Positions 1 through 13,206 of a stretch of 64,000 bases of DNA are shown piece after piece (position 1 is the first letter of the stretch; every line of letters begins with the position of its first letter). The notes below the pieces were generated by a model that was not told the DNA's origin, did no database searches, and saw nothing but the letters and a program-made list of their open reading frames with translations. Made by a program: the position numbers and the translations under genes. The stretch lies in assembly GCF_009914755.1 (NCBI RefSeq), contig NC_060928.1. The stretch is one strand, 5' to 3'. This DNA comes from the human T2T-CHM13v2.0 reference genome, Homo sapiens.

Positions 1-999
1 TTGCTAGACTATAATATTAAAACCATAATTGCCTTTTAACTATAGAAAACTCTAGTTCATTAGAAAGACTACATAAATTTAAGCTTCTACTTTTATGTTC
101 AAATACGTGGAATAGAGTTCCTATATAATCAAATATGTTGAGAATACTATTGAGCATGATTCTTCTCTTATATAATTCCCCAATTTTTATATTCCTTTGA
201 GCTAGTATATTTAAAAAGTTTCCTTTGGAGTCATCAGAATATGTCTCAAGATTTCAAATCCTGCAATGTGGAATAGGGACTTAATGCACTATTTTTATTT
301 TATTATTAACAAATGACAAGCAAGAGATGTGTTACTAAAGCAATAGAAAAGATCACTAGGCAAATAATCAGTTGTGTCCACATACACAACCATAATGTTT
401 TCCAAATTGTTACGTAAATCTAACGCCTGTTACGCAAATTGAAAAATGAGATTCAAGTTCCAAATGGAAAGCCATACTTTCTCTATTGTGTGAATAGCTT
501 CTTATAAGGATTGGAGGTTCTACTGACTTTTTGTGGAATCTGAGCCAGGGCGGAAGTGATAAGATAAACCTTTTCTTCTGTAAGGTTTTTCACAACTGAC
601 TCCAGAGAAAACACAACAACACCATCCTTATCAGAGCGCTGGAAAAATTCTTCTATTTCCTACAGAAAAAAAAATTTTCTTCATTATAAAGATGCAATGC
701 CAAATAGAATAATACAGTTTACGCATACTTCTAAAATAAAATTTTGAAGTTGACATATATATAGTTGTATTGTCCCTGTATTCTGAGATGCATTTTAGCA
801 TAGAAATGAGAAAGTTTGTGTCAGAAACATATGTCTTCAGTACATAATAATTATTTACTAGAAAAAGCACACAACCAGATAGTTATACAGAACATTTAAG
901 TGAGAAATGTCCATCTTGTTTAATATTTGGTAGACATCAAATTCTAAAAACATAATGGTTAGTAAACTCATAAAACTATTTCAACAATATCAAGTGTCA

Positions 1000-2820
1000 A
1001 TTTGTTGGCATTTTGTGATGTCAACAAAATAATAAAATTTTAAAAATCCAACATCAATTCCCCAACAAAAGTACAACTAGTAGCTATCCAAATACACAAA
1101 TGCCACTCTGAATTCACCAGATCTCAACAGAGAAGGAGAAAACCCCAAGACTCACGGACATGACAAACTTATGATTGGTAAGATGAATAATTTTTGGGGG
1201 CTATACCAACCCCTTCCACACACAAAAATGACACCACTGTGAGATAACTTCTTTTTACCTGCAGTTATTGAAATGGGAGGAGGGAATTTCAAGTGGACAT
1301 ATAATTTCTTCATGGGTCTGTAAATTTGGAGGGAAAGCCCACATTTGTCCCACCCCACAAGAGGTATTGAGAGTGTTCACAGGGCTGAACCACCTGGGGT
1401 AAATTTGAGACCAAAAGTAAGAGTAGTAATCACAGTGATTGGCCCACAGATCTTGGCGTCTGCTTTGTGTACCTAGCTACAGGGATGCCACACTGAGGAG
1501 TCTGACCAGAACCATAGCACTGCAGGAGGCAAGATCTAAGAGAAGGTCTGAATCTTTGACAAGATTTTTTACAATTCCCAGGGAGTCATGTGGATGGAGA
1601 TTTTCCATGACTGGGAAACAAGTATAAGGTTTGAAATTAAGTTCCAATGATTGTTTAAATCTCTCGCAGACCTAGAAATCACTGCAAGTCTGGATTTAAG
1701 TTCCAGTGCAGCATTTATGTTCAGATGCTCACAATAAGTCTCCCAAGACTGGAAAACAACATTAGAGCAAATATTGAATTGAGTTTTGGTGCAGTATTAA
1801 ATTCTGGTGGCAAATATTAAGTCCTTGCCCAAACAAAAAGCAACTGGTGGCAAGGAATTAGATTCCAATAATAAATAGTAAAGGTTGAACAACACAAGAA
1901 TACACCTATAAGAGCTATACCATGTCAATATCTCTTTAAATATGGAAACAGCAATGTACAGATGAAAGGAAACACAACACCGCTAAAAAACAACAGAACT
2001 CACCTAATGCAGTAGAAGAAATAAACATATATAACATTTCTGACAGAGAATTCAGAGCACATCTTTTTATAAAAGAGCTCAGGAAACACCGAAAATATAA
2101 ATAGAAAGTTAAAAAATCATTTGGAAAATATTTAAAGATCAAGAGGAGAAAAGTTGTCTTTTTTAATACATAAATTGAAAAAGCTTCAGCTAGAATAGCT
2201 ACAAAAATAGATGACTCAAATAAATGAAATAAGAGATGAAAAGGATACATAACAACTGATACACAAAAATACAAAGGATTATAAGAGACTATCATAAACA
2301 AGTACCTGCCAGCAAATTAAAAAATCCAAAGGATATAGACAAACTTTTAGAAATGTACAACAAATCAGGATTGAATTATGAAGAAACAGAAACATGAGTA
2401 GAGAAATAACGAGTAACAAAATTGAAGCAGCAATAAAAACTCCATAAAAATGTACTAATTTTATTCAAATTATTGAAAAATAAACCATTTTTCTAAAAAT
2501 GTTTCTTCCAAAACATTAAGGGGAATTGAATGCTTTAAAAAATAGGGTTTTATGGCTGGGATAAGGATCACCTTGATAGCAAAACCAGAAAGAAGGAGCC
2601 AAAAAAAATTTAAAAAAATAGAAAAATTCTGTAGGCCAATTTTTCTGATGAACATAGATGCAAAAATTCTCAGCAAATATTAGCCAATCAAATTCAACAG
2701 CACATCAAAAAGATTATACACTATGATGAACTGGGATTTATCTCAGGGATGCAGGGAAGGTTAAACCTATGCAAACCCATAAACGTGATACATAACACCA
2801 AGAGAATTAAGAAAAAAATA
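1000..2820 (+). mobile_element. Old degraded L1 (L1M-type) fragments, including an ORF2 remnant
   Basis: 2250-2820 resembles L1 ORF2 DNA (gatgaacatagatgcaaaaattctcagcaaatattagc; aattcaacagcacatcaaaaagattatacac; gggatttatctcagggatgcaggg). There is no long ORF, and the upstream limit is uncertain. Confidence 0.6.
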
Positions 2821-3379
2821 ATTTGTATGTCTTAAAAAAAATCTTCTAATATACAACAGAATGATTTTAACACAAAATGCCATATAACCAACATAGGGTA
2901 AGCTTGAATGGAGAGTGATTGTCTAATGTGTATAAACATTCTTTTAGGTTGGTGACAGTTTTGGATCTAGATTGAAGTGACAGTTACACAATACTGTGAA
3001 TGCCACTGAATTGTTCACTTTTAAATGGTTAAAATAGTACATGTTATTTTATGTAATTTTACCTCAAATATTAAAAAAAAAACATGTATACATGTAGCTG
3101 ACCAAATTTTGCCCAGAGGACCCAATTGATTTGTCAACCCTTGGTTAATTAAATTATAAGAAATTTAATTCTGACATATTTAAAATAGCAAATGCTGTCA
3201 TTTTTATCATTTACTTTTGAAAAATGATACTTTTAAAAATATATGAGGCAATTTAGGTAAGGACTCAAATCATTGTGGAAATTTATCTGTCTAGTTAATA
3301 ATTATTATAATTAATGCAAATTTAGTTTGCTACATATAGCACCTGTAGTGCTTTACCAAGTTAATGCATCCGGCCTTTC

Positions 3380-3560
3380 ATCAGCCACATGAGGTAGATA
3401 ATGGCGTTACTTCATCTCCGTTTCACTGATGGAGAAGTTGAGGCATAGAGGTGAGGCAACTTGCCAAACCCCACATAATTCTGTAGTGGTTTTGCAGGGA
3501 CTTGAATCCAGGCTAACTGGATGCAGAGTACAAAAGCTCTTAACCACCATGCTATGCTGA
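3380..3560 (-). mobile_element. MIR SINE
   Basis: Degenerate MIR core: tttcactgatggagaagttgaggcatagaggtgaggcaacttgcc...gggacttgaatccagg...ctcttaaccacc. A paralogous copy sits at about 24290-24470. Confidence 0.65.
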
Positions 3561-3679
3561 CCTCCCTTTCTGAGTTTCAGTTATTTTCAAAATGCTACAT
3601 TTGTAGTTTTCATTTTCTTGCCTCTATATTAATTATATATTATTATGAATGTATAATTACATTTTTAGAAATATTTTAG

Positions 3680-4265
3680 TTATCTATCACGTCACAACCA
3701 ACTACCCTCAAAAGTGGGGACTTTGAAAAACAATAAGCATTTTATTAGAACTCTCATAGCATGAGTGTTGGGTGGGCTCAGCCAGGTGGTTCATACAGCG
3801 TATTTCTCAGGTCGTTACTTTCATATGATGGCTGGGGATGTAATCATCTGAAGGTCATTCATTCACATACTTAGTGATTGATGTCGAAAGACTGAAACTC
3901 CTTTTTGACTGAATAATCCTGACTTCCTAGTCTCCTCTGTGTGCCCCTCCCCAAACAGTCATTTATCATCAAGACTTTGGCTGTAATACAGGGCTCCACA
4001 GTGTACGGAGGGAGAAAAAGAGGCAGAAGGACAGAGAGAGAGGAAGAAAGAGATATAAGTAAAAACAAAGACAGACAGACAGACAGAGACAAGGAGACAG
4101 ACAGAGATAATATACTGCCTTTTCTAACACAGTCTTCAAAATTACGCTGCCACTTCTACCATATTTTCTTTGCTGAGACAGCCACAAGCCTTGCTAAAGT
4201 GCAAGGGCAGGGACTATGGTTTGATTAGAATGTCAAAGTATTTGCAGTCATGTCTCTAAATCACC
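3680..4265. mobile_element. MLT/MaLR-type LTR remnant with an internal GA-rich tract
   Basis: Motifs typical of old MaLR LTRs (ctaccctcaaaagtggggactttgaaaaacaataagcatttt; gggctcagccaggtggttc; tgccacttctaccatattttc). A paralogous copy lies at about 24590-25140. Confidence 0.5.
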
Positions 4266-4605
4266 AAAATATAAGCTGTTGAGTTAGTCAACAGAAGTCA
4301 CTGTGTAACTAGCAAATTCATTATATATTGAAAATAGAAACACAGTAAAATCATAAAAGTGTGTGAATTTAAAAGTTTACAACTATTGAAACCTTTATTA
4401 TGCATTGTAAAATATTTATTCATAGATATTTTAAATATAAAATAGGTTTCCTATGAACAGGCGTCAAATTAATCATATGGCATAGAATACTGAGGTGATC
4501 CTAAGTGGCTCAATTCTTTCCCATTTATTCTACTGCAGACACATACACATCTACAAGAAAAAATGACATACAACAACATATATAGCCTAGTATAAAATGA
4601 TGGAA

Positions 4606-4899
4606 GATCTAGGCATAGTGGTTCATGCCTGTAATCCCAACACTTTGGGAGGCCATGGTGGGCAGATCACCTGAGGTCAGAAGTTTGAGACCAGCCTGGC
4701 CAACATGATGAAACCCCATCTCTACTAAAAACACAAAAATTAGCCAGATGTCAGGGCAGGCGCCTGTAATCCCAGCTACTCGGGAGGCTGAGGCATGAGA
4801 ATTCTTTGAATCGGGGAGGCAGAGTTTGTAATGAGGTGAGATTGTGTCCCTGCACTCCAGATTCCACATTAGAGTAAAAACAAACAAACAAACGAACGA
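4606..4899 (+). mobile_element. Alu (AluS-like)
   Basis: Dimeric Alu (cctgtaatcccaacactttgggaggc, gatcacctgaggtcag) with an (AAAC)n tail. Approximate TSD aaaatgatggaa / aaaatgaaggaa. Confidence 0.92.
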
Positions 4900-5110
4900 A
4901 AAATGAAGGAAGGATGTTTACCGATTGTTAAAATCAGAGGGAATTCTGTGAATAGATGCTTGTAAGAGCTGTGACAAAGTGACTTTTGGGAGGAAAACTA
5001 ATGAGACATAGTTTCTAGAAGCAGGGAACAAAATTTACTCTACAGGATGCAGTGACATCCTGTTAAAAAACAAGTAGAGAAAAAATGTGTGGAACTAGAG
5101 ATCTCCCTAG

Positions 5111-5597
<487 letters not shown>

Positions 5598-8500
5598 AAC
5601 TTTACAAAAATATTTTTAAATAAGCATGATTCAAATGTTCAGAGATGAAAGAGTCACTAACATAAAACAAGAATGGGATGAGGTGAGGATGAATACAAAA
5701 ATAATTAGATATTCTTGAAATCAGAAATGTGCTCCCTAATTATATGAAATGTTGTTTGATTACATAAAATAAAGTGGAACTGAATGATTGACTGGTACAG
5801 CCCCCAAGAAGAATCACTTAATGATCTCGAAATTACCAGTAAACTGATTAAAATGTAAAAGTATTGCTTGTTAACACCTTCTGTTAAAGCTTTCCTGATT
5901 AGTTTTTCTTCCAAAGCTCTCTAGTTTCTAGTTGTTTTCTTGGTCTTAACTATCCATTATATGCTTTGTTAAAGTATTTATGCCCTGTTTCAATGTGATT
6001 GTCTCAATTTTTATTTCATTCTATCCTACCTCTTGCAATCTGCATGTCTTCATTATTATTGATCAATCCAACTGCAAAGTTCACCTTATCTAAGGATTAT
6101 TCATTAATTTTTACTTGTTTATCTGATCTTTATTAATTTTGTCTCTTTGCCAGTCACTCTGAGCCATGGTCATGATGACTTAGGATTCTGGATCTCTTAT
6201 GAATAATAAATTTATCCTTAATAAAGTCTCTATACTAAAGAAGAATCTAATGAAAAATATCACTTGAAAAAATGAGTGCAGTACGTGAACAAAGTTCTGA
6301 CTAGATCATAAACACAAAAAGTGATTAATCAGTTTATTATTTAGGGACTAACAATGAAATCAATTATATATCTTCATATACTTTGAATTGGAAAAATTAA
6401 TATTTATCATAGGTAAAGCACCAAATAACTGGCGACTCCAGTGCTGGTTTGTTGGGAGTATGAATAGAGTGGTGATAGGTGAAGGGCATCCACAGGCTCA
6501 GCACAACAAGAATCCCCTCTAACCAAGTCTGAGCCAGCAACTACTGAAATAAAAAATCCAACCTACTAGTATTGCAATTTTTAATATATATTTGGACATT
6601 AGGCAAGTGACCACCAGTGGAACTGCGGACTCAGTGGGCCAACTCTAAGCTCACCTTTGTCTGAACCTCTATATGGCCCCCCACTTTCAAAAAAGAAAGT
6701 CATGCCTCCTACTCATCCAAAGTTTACCAAGATTCAGTGTCTTAGGGTACAACTTAAAAATAATAACAAATGAGAAATTTGAAATTTTATGCCTCACCAG
6801 TTTTCAATTTACTGTAGCTCGGATCCAAATATAGCTTTATGATACTGAATCAGGATCCTGTAAGCATTCCTCTTTTGCCAGCTGGTTGAAGGTTAAGCTT
6901 CATCAGTAGAGGACACTCGAGTGATGGTGAGGTGCTTGATGCAGGAAGGTGCATCCCTTCCAAGACTCACACTTTAGTTATTCAGTAATGTTTATCATTA
7001 ATATTGAAGTTTAAGAATATGAATGTTAAAGAATATACTTAAGAATACTAAAGAATATACTTAAAGTAAGAGGAAAACTTCTAATAGCACATTTGTTTTA
7101 TCTTTTAAGAAATATTGCATTCTGCAAAGAAATTAATTCAGAAAACTCCTACATAAACCATTTGTCCTTGACATAGATAGATTCAGCTTCATATGTTATT
7201 TTAAAGATTAAAATTATAATTATGTTATTTTTGTGTTTATCTTCTGTGGTGCTTGAATATCCCTGTCTTTATGCAGCATATTCAAAATTTAAAAAAAAGA
7301 ATATCGCAAATTTGAAGAATGTTATTTCAATTATATCATTCTATGTGATTGCTTAGAGTTTCTGTGTTTAAATTTTTTTAACTGCGGAGATATTTAAAAG
7401 CTTGTACAATCAATCCCCAAAGAGCAGACACATCATATTATTGCAATTTTTGTAATCCAATTTAAAATGGAATTTTTATGACTCTCCATCAAGCATACCA
7501 TCATGTTCACATATTTTCCTAAGTATATATGTACATATCACTTCATGTAAAAAGGCTTCTCAGAATTAAACTAGTGAAAGTATTATGTGTTCACTCATGG
7601 ATAGACATAGATATGTGTATCTGGATATATGGTCTAAGAATTTCAAAGAAGATCTATTTTAAGAACATACTTTATTAGGAAAGTATATTCTGATATATTC
7701 CGATACATTTTCAGAAGATACTTCATTAAGGAAATATAAACAGACTAGAATTTAGCTTTTGTAGTACATGCTGAACATCATTATTGCCTCAGACTAATAT
7801 TTATCCATAAGTTTCTCCCTGTTTTTTTTTAAAAAAGACATTACTATAATTGAAGTGCACAAATGCATTACTTTTTTCCTTTCTTGAACTTTGTTATTTT
7901 TTTCTTTCTAGTGGCATGATTATATGTTCAAAGTTTAATAAAATAAAATATTCAGTGTATATTTCTTTTCTAGATATTAAAATAATTTGTTTTATAACCA
8001 ATTGTTGCTAAAAATATTTTTTTCATAGAAAAGAGTAATATAAAAATCTTTTTCATGTGTTAGAATGATCATTATGCTTCTCTTCCATCTGATTGTTCAG
8101 GCACATCTCTTGTCAGACAGAAGAACTGCTCTAAGTTGGTTTTTTCCTTCTCTGTGATTTGCTTTGCAAACCTTTTTCTGAATCCAGATGCTGTAATGAC
8201 CAATATTTAAAGGCAGAGTTTAGAGAGCTTTTGCCATTTATTATGCTTTCTTGAACATAGATTTTAAAAATTATTGTACAGGATATTTGGCTCTTTATTC
8301 CATCTACAATTTATTTTTCCATGTTATGAGGGGAGAATAAGTAAAATGATTATATATATTTCTGGTTTGTGTATCCTCAGTATTCCAGGTATTAAAAAAG
8401 TTGGAAATGTCTGACTTGACAAGTTAAGGCCAAGAAATAGTGAGATATTATTGCAGGACAGAAATCATGTAACATTGTAATCTAGAGGGACTGGACTAAA

Positions 8501-9671
8501 CTTTCTGAACCATATCTATAATTCCTATCTAAAGGGAACTAGCCTGGCATTTTATTTTGTGTATTATTATCCAATTACAAAGGGTTGTTACTAAAGTGAA
8601 AATAATAACTCAAGCATAGTCCAGGCCTCATGTGGAAAACATCTTTTGTCTTTCTAACTAAGGATTTTACCAGGTTGCATAGTTTTGGATAGGAAGTCAG
8701 TTATGACCATCAATAATTTTGAAACAAAGAACATTCTCATTAAGAAATATTTTGTATTTCATGAAGGACTTATTTTTACACTCCCATGTAACAGAAAAGA
8801 CTTGTATAAACACCATGTTAGGAGACTTGGCCAAGTTTAGCTTAGCTTATATGTGCACTAGGTCATGAATTTGCCTTTAAAGGTCACCCTAGCTTCCATG
8901 GTAGGTCTTGACTCAAAAGAATGTGATGCTGCCAAACTGCAAAACATACATACACTGCCTAATCCACCTTGTCTAATAATTTTCAATTATTTCCCACTAA
9001 ATTTTTATGTAATTTTCCATTTTCACATATCCCACTAGCTACTTTTTGTTTTCCTCAATTTATTCATATCACTTTTCTCTTTAAAAGCCTCAGTTACCTT
9101 TGTCTTAATTAGAGTTGAGCTCAGTTTATACTGTAGTCTCTATCTCCTACTTCATTAGTAAGAACAAAATATGTCTTGCCATTTTTAAGAAGGATCTTGC
9201 TCTGTTTTTCTTGACAGGGACACACATAATCCATATCATTGTATTTGTTTATACAGAAGAGTTTTCTTTACCTCTGTAACAAACCTACACCTCTTGCACA
9301 TGTACCTCTGGAATTACAATAAATGTTGGAAGTAAAAAATAAAATAAAAAAGGGGTTTCTAAAAATGCACAGTAGAAATACATTATTCCCCACCTTCTCA
9401 AATAAACAACCTTGAGTTTTCAGTGAATCTCATTTTTTTCAGTTTAGAAATATACATAAGTAAGCATCAAAATTGAGTAATTTTAGGATTTCTGAAATTA
9501 AAATTGTATATTACTTAATGTTTAATGAAGAGTAAAATATTTGAATAAATCAGGAAGGCACAAGTCTTGTGAAATATGGAGGAGAATTTTGCCACACCTT
9601 GATGAATATTGGTGGCATTAAATGTCATGACCTTCCCTATCATGCCTGCCTGCCTTAGATCTCAAACAGTG

Positions 9672-9932
9672 CTACTCTCTTTTTTTTCTTGTCTTAACAA
9701 ACTTTTGATAATCAAACCAGCAAAATATTATCACAAAGAGAGTAAAAATTGCCTTGCAGGCCAGCACAACCAGAGAGCAGTACTGGAGCCATGTGAGACT
9801 GTTGGCAGGTGGCAGCAAGTACTTGGCTCCTCTGTGGCGCATGACAAACTTGATCCAGAAGACTGTTTGGTCTGTGGGCTTCATAAGCTGATCATAATGA
9901 GTGACTGAAACCATATAACATTCTCTTTACAG
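9672..9932 (-). pseudogene. Degenerate UGT2 terminal exon (exon 6) of an old relic gene
   Basis: Translates HYDQLMKPTDQTVFWIKFVMRHRGAKYL...LTWLQY...QKFVKTRKKRE*, matching UGT2 exon 6 ([15 protein letters not shown], transmembrane segment, basic tail). The acceptor reads AA, and the exon is about 19 nt shorter than the 280-nt copy at 29623-29902. Confidence 0.9.
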
Positions 9933-11856
9933 TTAACGAAAATCAAATAGACATAAACTTATAGAATATAAAATAGAAATATGTGAAATTTTTGTGTAGA
10001 TGTTAAAAGTTAGTGCCACATATAAGTGGGTGCAAAATAAAATATTTTATTTCCTGTTGGTTATAGAGATTTTGGTTTATGGATTAGAATTTGTTGGATG
10101 CATAAGATTTCACGACGTGAAAAGAGAATTTAAGAGAGAACAAATGTTTCTATGCTAGAAATTAAAATTAGTTAAGTCCAAAGGATAAAAATAAATCATT
10201 TGAGGGTACGGAGGTTGAATTAGCCATTAATGAAATTGTAATGAACCTGGTGTGCAAATTTCAAAATAATATCAAAGTCTAGAGATAGGAGACAAATCTA
10301 TGACAAAGTTCAGGTCCATATCAGGGCAAAGCTGATAAGAAGTTGGCATTGATCAGAAATTAGTATTGACATCATATGAGTGAATTAGTGATTAAAAGTG
10401 TAAAAGTACATGGCCTTAGTTTGAATCATGACCTGATATCTACTGGTCCTTTTTTATTTATTTATTTTTTTGAAAAGTATGTGTTCCTAGTTTTTTTTTT
10501 TAATTGTTAAATTGAATGAATAAGAATGGTATCTTTCTTATCTGTTTATTGTAAGTAGTAATGATTCTTAGGATACTTGGTAGAATTATTCTCATCATAA
10601 TGAGACTCTATGTAAATGTTCACTATTGTTACTGTTTTTCTTGCATTGTGATTTTAAAATCTAAGTGGGGCTTAATATTTTACTTTGAGGCATTGTAGTC
10701 CCATTTATTAACAGTGCTGAAATAATTATGGACTAATAAATAAGGAATAAGGATGAATGTAAGCATAAGCCTTACCAAGTAGAAACCAAAGGGTGCTAAA
10801 GCATGGCACTGTAGCAATAGCAACGGAGGTAACTTCTCTTTTTGATATTTAAAAAACAGAGTGGGAAGACTATGTATTTCAGAGGAGGGAATTAAACCTG
10901 ATATATATTTTCAATACAATTGGGAAAAATTATAACCAAGAAGTTGCATAATACAAATTATGAATATAATGCATGTCATTTCATATACAGTGAATAGGTA
11001 TCAACTAATTAAAAATTATCTTTATTTTTCAACACAGCATTATATTTATTAAAATTTATAATATTGTCAATTTAATAGTAATAGCAAAACTGAAATTAAC
11101 GTATGTACTGAAATAACTTAGAAATCCTATATTTCTGGTTTCGGACATTTTGGCTATTAAACAGGAATATTCCAAACTATCTCTTTCAAACCAATTATTT
11201 TTCAATTTTATAAATCTTCCAAATAAGCAAAAGCAACCACAACCATAAGAACAAAGAATATGGCTACATTTATATAGTATGTTCTTTTTCAAATAATTTG
11301 TAAAGGCAAATTTGAAAGCTCTAGTTGTTTACACGTTATCAGTGATGAGATAAAAATGTTAGCATAAAAATTTGGAAAGCATTAAATATAATAGGAATTA
11401 GAGATTGATTATGTCAATCTGATCAGTAAATCATGCTGATTTACTGAAAACAAATTACAAGAGTTTTAAAAACAAGGAAAAAAGGGTAACTAAAGTGAGA
11501 TGATGGACATGTTTACTTGCTTCATTATGGTAGCCTTTTAACTAAGTATTTGTATCCCATACTATCACTTTCCATACCTTCAATAGACAAAATAAAATTT
11601 ATTTGAAGACTAACGTTTGATGAGATCTCATCCTAAAAGACCCTTATAACTGTGCTGAAAATTAGTCAGTGCTGTAATAATATTCATGCTTCTTTTCTTC
11701 AACTTTGTTTTCAGTCTTCCTTATAATCCTTCTGTTACCATATTCAGCAATTCTTCTTATTTCACTTTTTGGCTATTTTAAAACTTATGCCCTATCCTAA
11801 AACCTCTGACAAATGTTTCCACTGAAACCACCAAAAAAACAGGTTGTGATACTCAC

Positions 11857-11971
11857 AGTGGTTTATTAATGATTTCCTTTAAGCGTTACCAAAAAAAAAA
11901 AAAAAGTACTCAGCATTGTGTTCAAGTTTAGAGTCACTGCTGCTTCCTTGGCCTTCATGTGAGAACTTATC
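11857..11971 (-). pseudogene. Second, partial UGT2 exon 5 (3' half only)
   Basis: The minus strand reads CACATGAAGGCCAAGGAAGCAGCAGTGACTCTAAACTTGAACACAATG (HMKAKEAAVTLNLNTM), then a poly-T expansion, then ATCATTAATAAACCACT|GTGAGT (intact donor). Confidence 0.85.
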
Positions 11972-12006
11972 AATACATGCTATGTAGTTTAAAAAATTTC
12001 ATTCAT

Positions 12007-12226
12007 GAAGAGTCATTAATGACTGCTTTTAATGCGTTGAGCAAATCTGTAGTTGACATTGTTTTTGAGTTTACTCTAACAGCTTCCCCCTTAGCCTTCA
12101 TGTGAACAAACTTATCGGGTTGATCTACAAACAAAGGAAGTCCCACCATAGGGATCCCATGGTTGATCCTCTCATAAGTGCCATTGGCTCCACCATGAGG
12201 TATAAAAACATTGGTTTTTAGATGAC
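12007..12226 (-). pseudogene. Degenerate UGT2B exon 5 (UDP-sugar-binding signature)
   Basis: 220 nt, the canonical length. Translates [47 protein letters not shown]...[10 protein letters not shown]. The acceptor is mutated (TGG) and so is the donor (AT). Confidence 0.92.
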
Positions 12227-13114
12227 CCAGGATTAGATAAATGTTTGAATAATTATTAGTGATGAGTCTTAGAATTAAAATGAGCAATGCTCAATAGGAG
12301 GCAATGGAATGGACAGTGTTCTCTAGATAACAAATTACTGCAACAGTAAAACTGCATTAAAATTACTTTCAGATCTCAGAGAAAGAAGCACTAAGTCATC
12401 TGGGGTGAAAAGTGAAGGCTACACATTGAAGAAATGGTATATGACTTGAGACTTGAAGAATAAATACAAGATTGTCAAGTGGACAAATAGAGCACACTGT
12501 GGATAAAGAAAACTGCATATCCCCTGCTGCAGCCCCCCAGAAGTAGGATGCATGGTAGAACATGTTCTCTTAGAGAAATAGTGGAGTCACTGAGTGTGAT
12601 AGGGCACGGTGTCCAGGGCAGTAGGGAATAGGGTGGTGGTGATGCTTGAATAGAGGAAGGACAGGCCACGCTCCATCACAAAATGTGTTACCACTTCATA
12701 ATGAAGACTGGGGATTTATTTCCATAAAAAATGCAGTTGCTGGTAATAAAAGAAGGGTTGTTATTTTTCAGTTGCATTTGAAATACGTAGCTGTTAGGAG
12801 AAAAGGGTAGGTGGAACATTTGAATTAGTAGACAGACATCCCAGAAAATTAATGAAAAATTATTCATGAGATGCAACTATACTAGAGATAAAGGTAGTTT
12901 TTTTCTGACCATAAAAAAATGACTGTGTATAACAAATGCCAACTGTTGTAGTTTATTATATATTTCCTCAAGACTGGAACATAAACGAAAAGAAGTTGGA
13001 TTTTATTTTTGAGTTTTTAAATAATAAATGGTAAATCAGAAATTTTCTGTGGGACTATTATCATCCTGATTGGCTGTTACTCAAGTTTTCAAAATTTATT
13101 CTTCAGAGTCATAC

Positions 13115-13201
13115 CAAGAAAGTTATTCTGGACTACCCACTTGTACAGCTGAGTTATTGTACTAAGGTATCTGATTTCCTGTCATCAAATTTCCATAGAT
13201 C
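13115..13201 (-). pseudogene. Degenerate UGT2B exon 4
   Basis: GATCTATGGAAATTTGATGACAGGAAATCAGATACC...CTGTACAAGTGGGTAGTCCAGAATAACTTTCTTG|GTATGA (LWKFD..., LYKW.VQNNFLG). 87 nt versus the canonical 88. No AG acceptor, and L1 sequence is directly adjacent. Confidence 0.85.
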
Positions 13202-13206
13202 CATAT

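Noticed and set aside
7012-7066. Short aagaatat repeats, CRISPR-like at a glance
   Set aside because: This is local slippage with no spacers, in a eukaryotic context.
8400-9220. Possible additional old LTR fragments (also about 22960-23500)
   Set aside because: The composition is LTR-like, but I could not support a family or boundaries without a repeat search.
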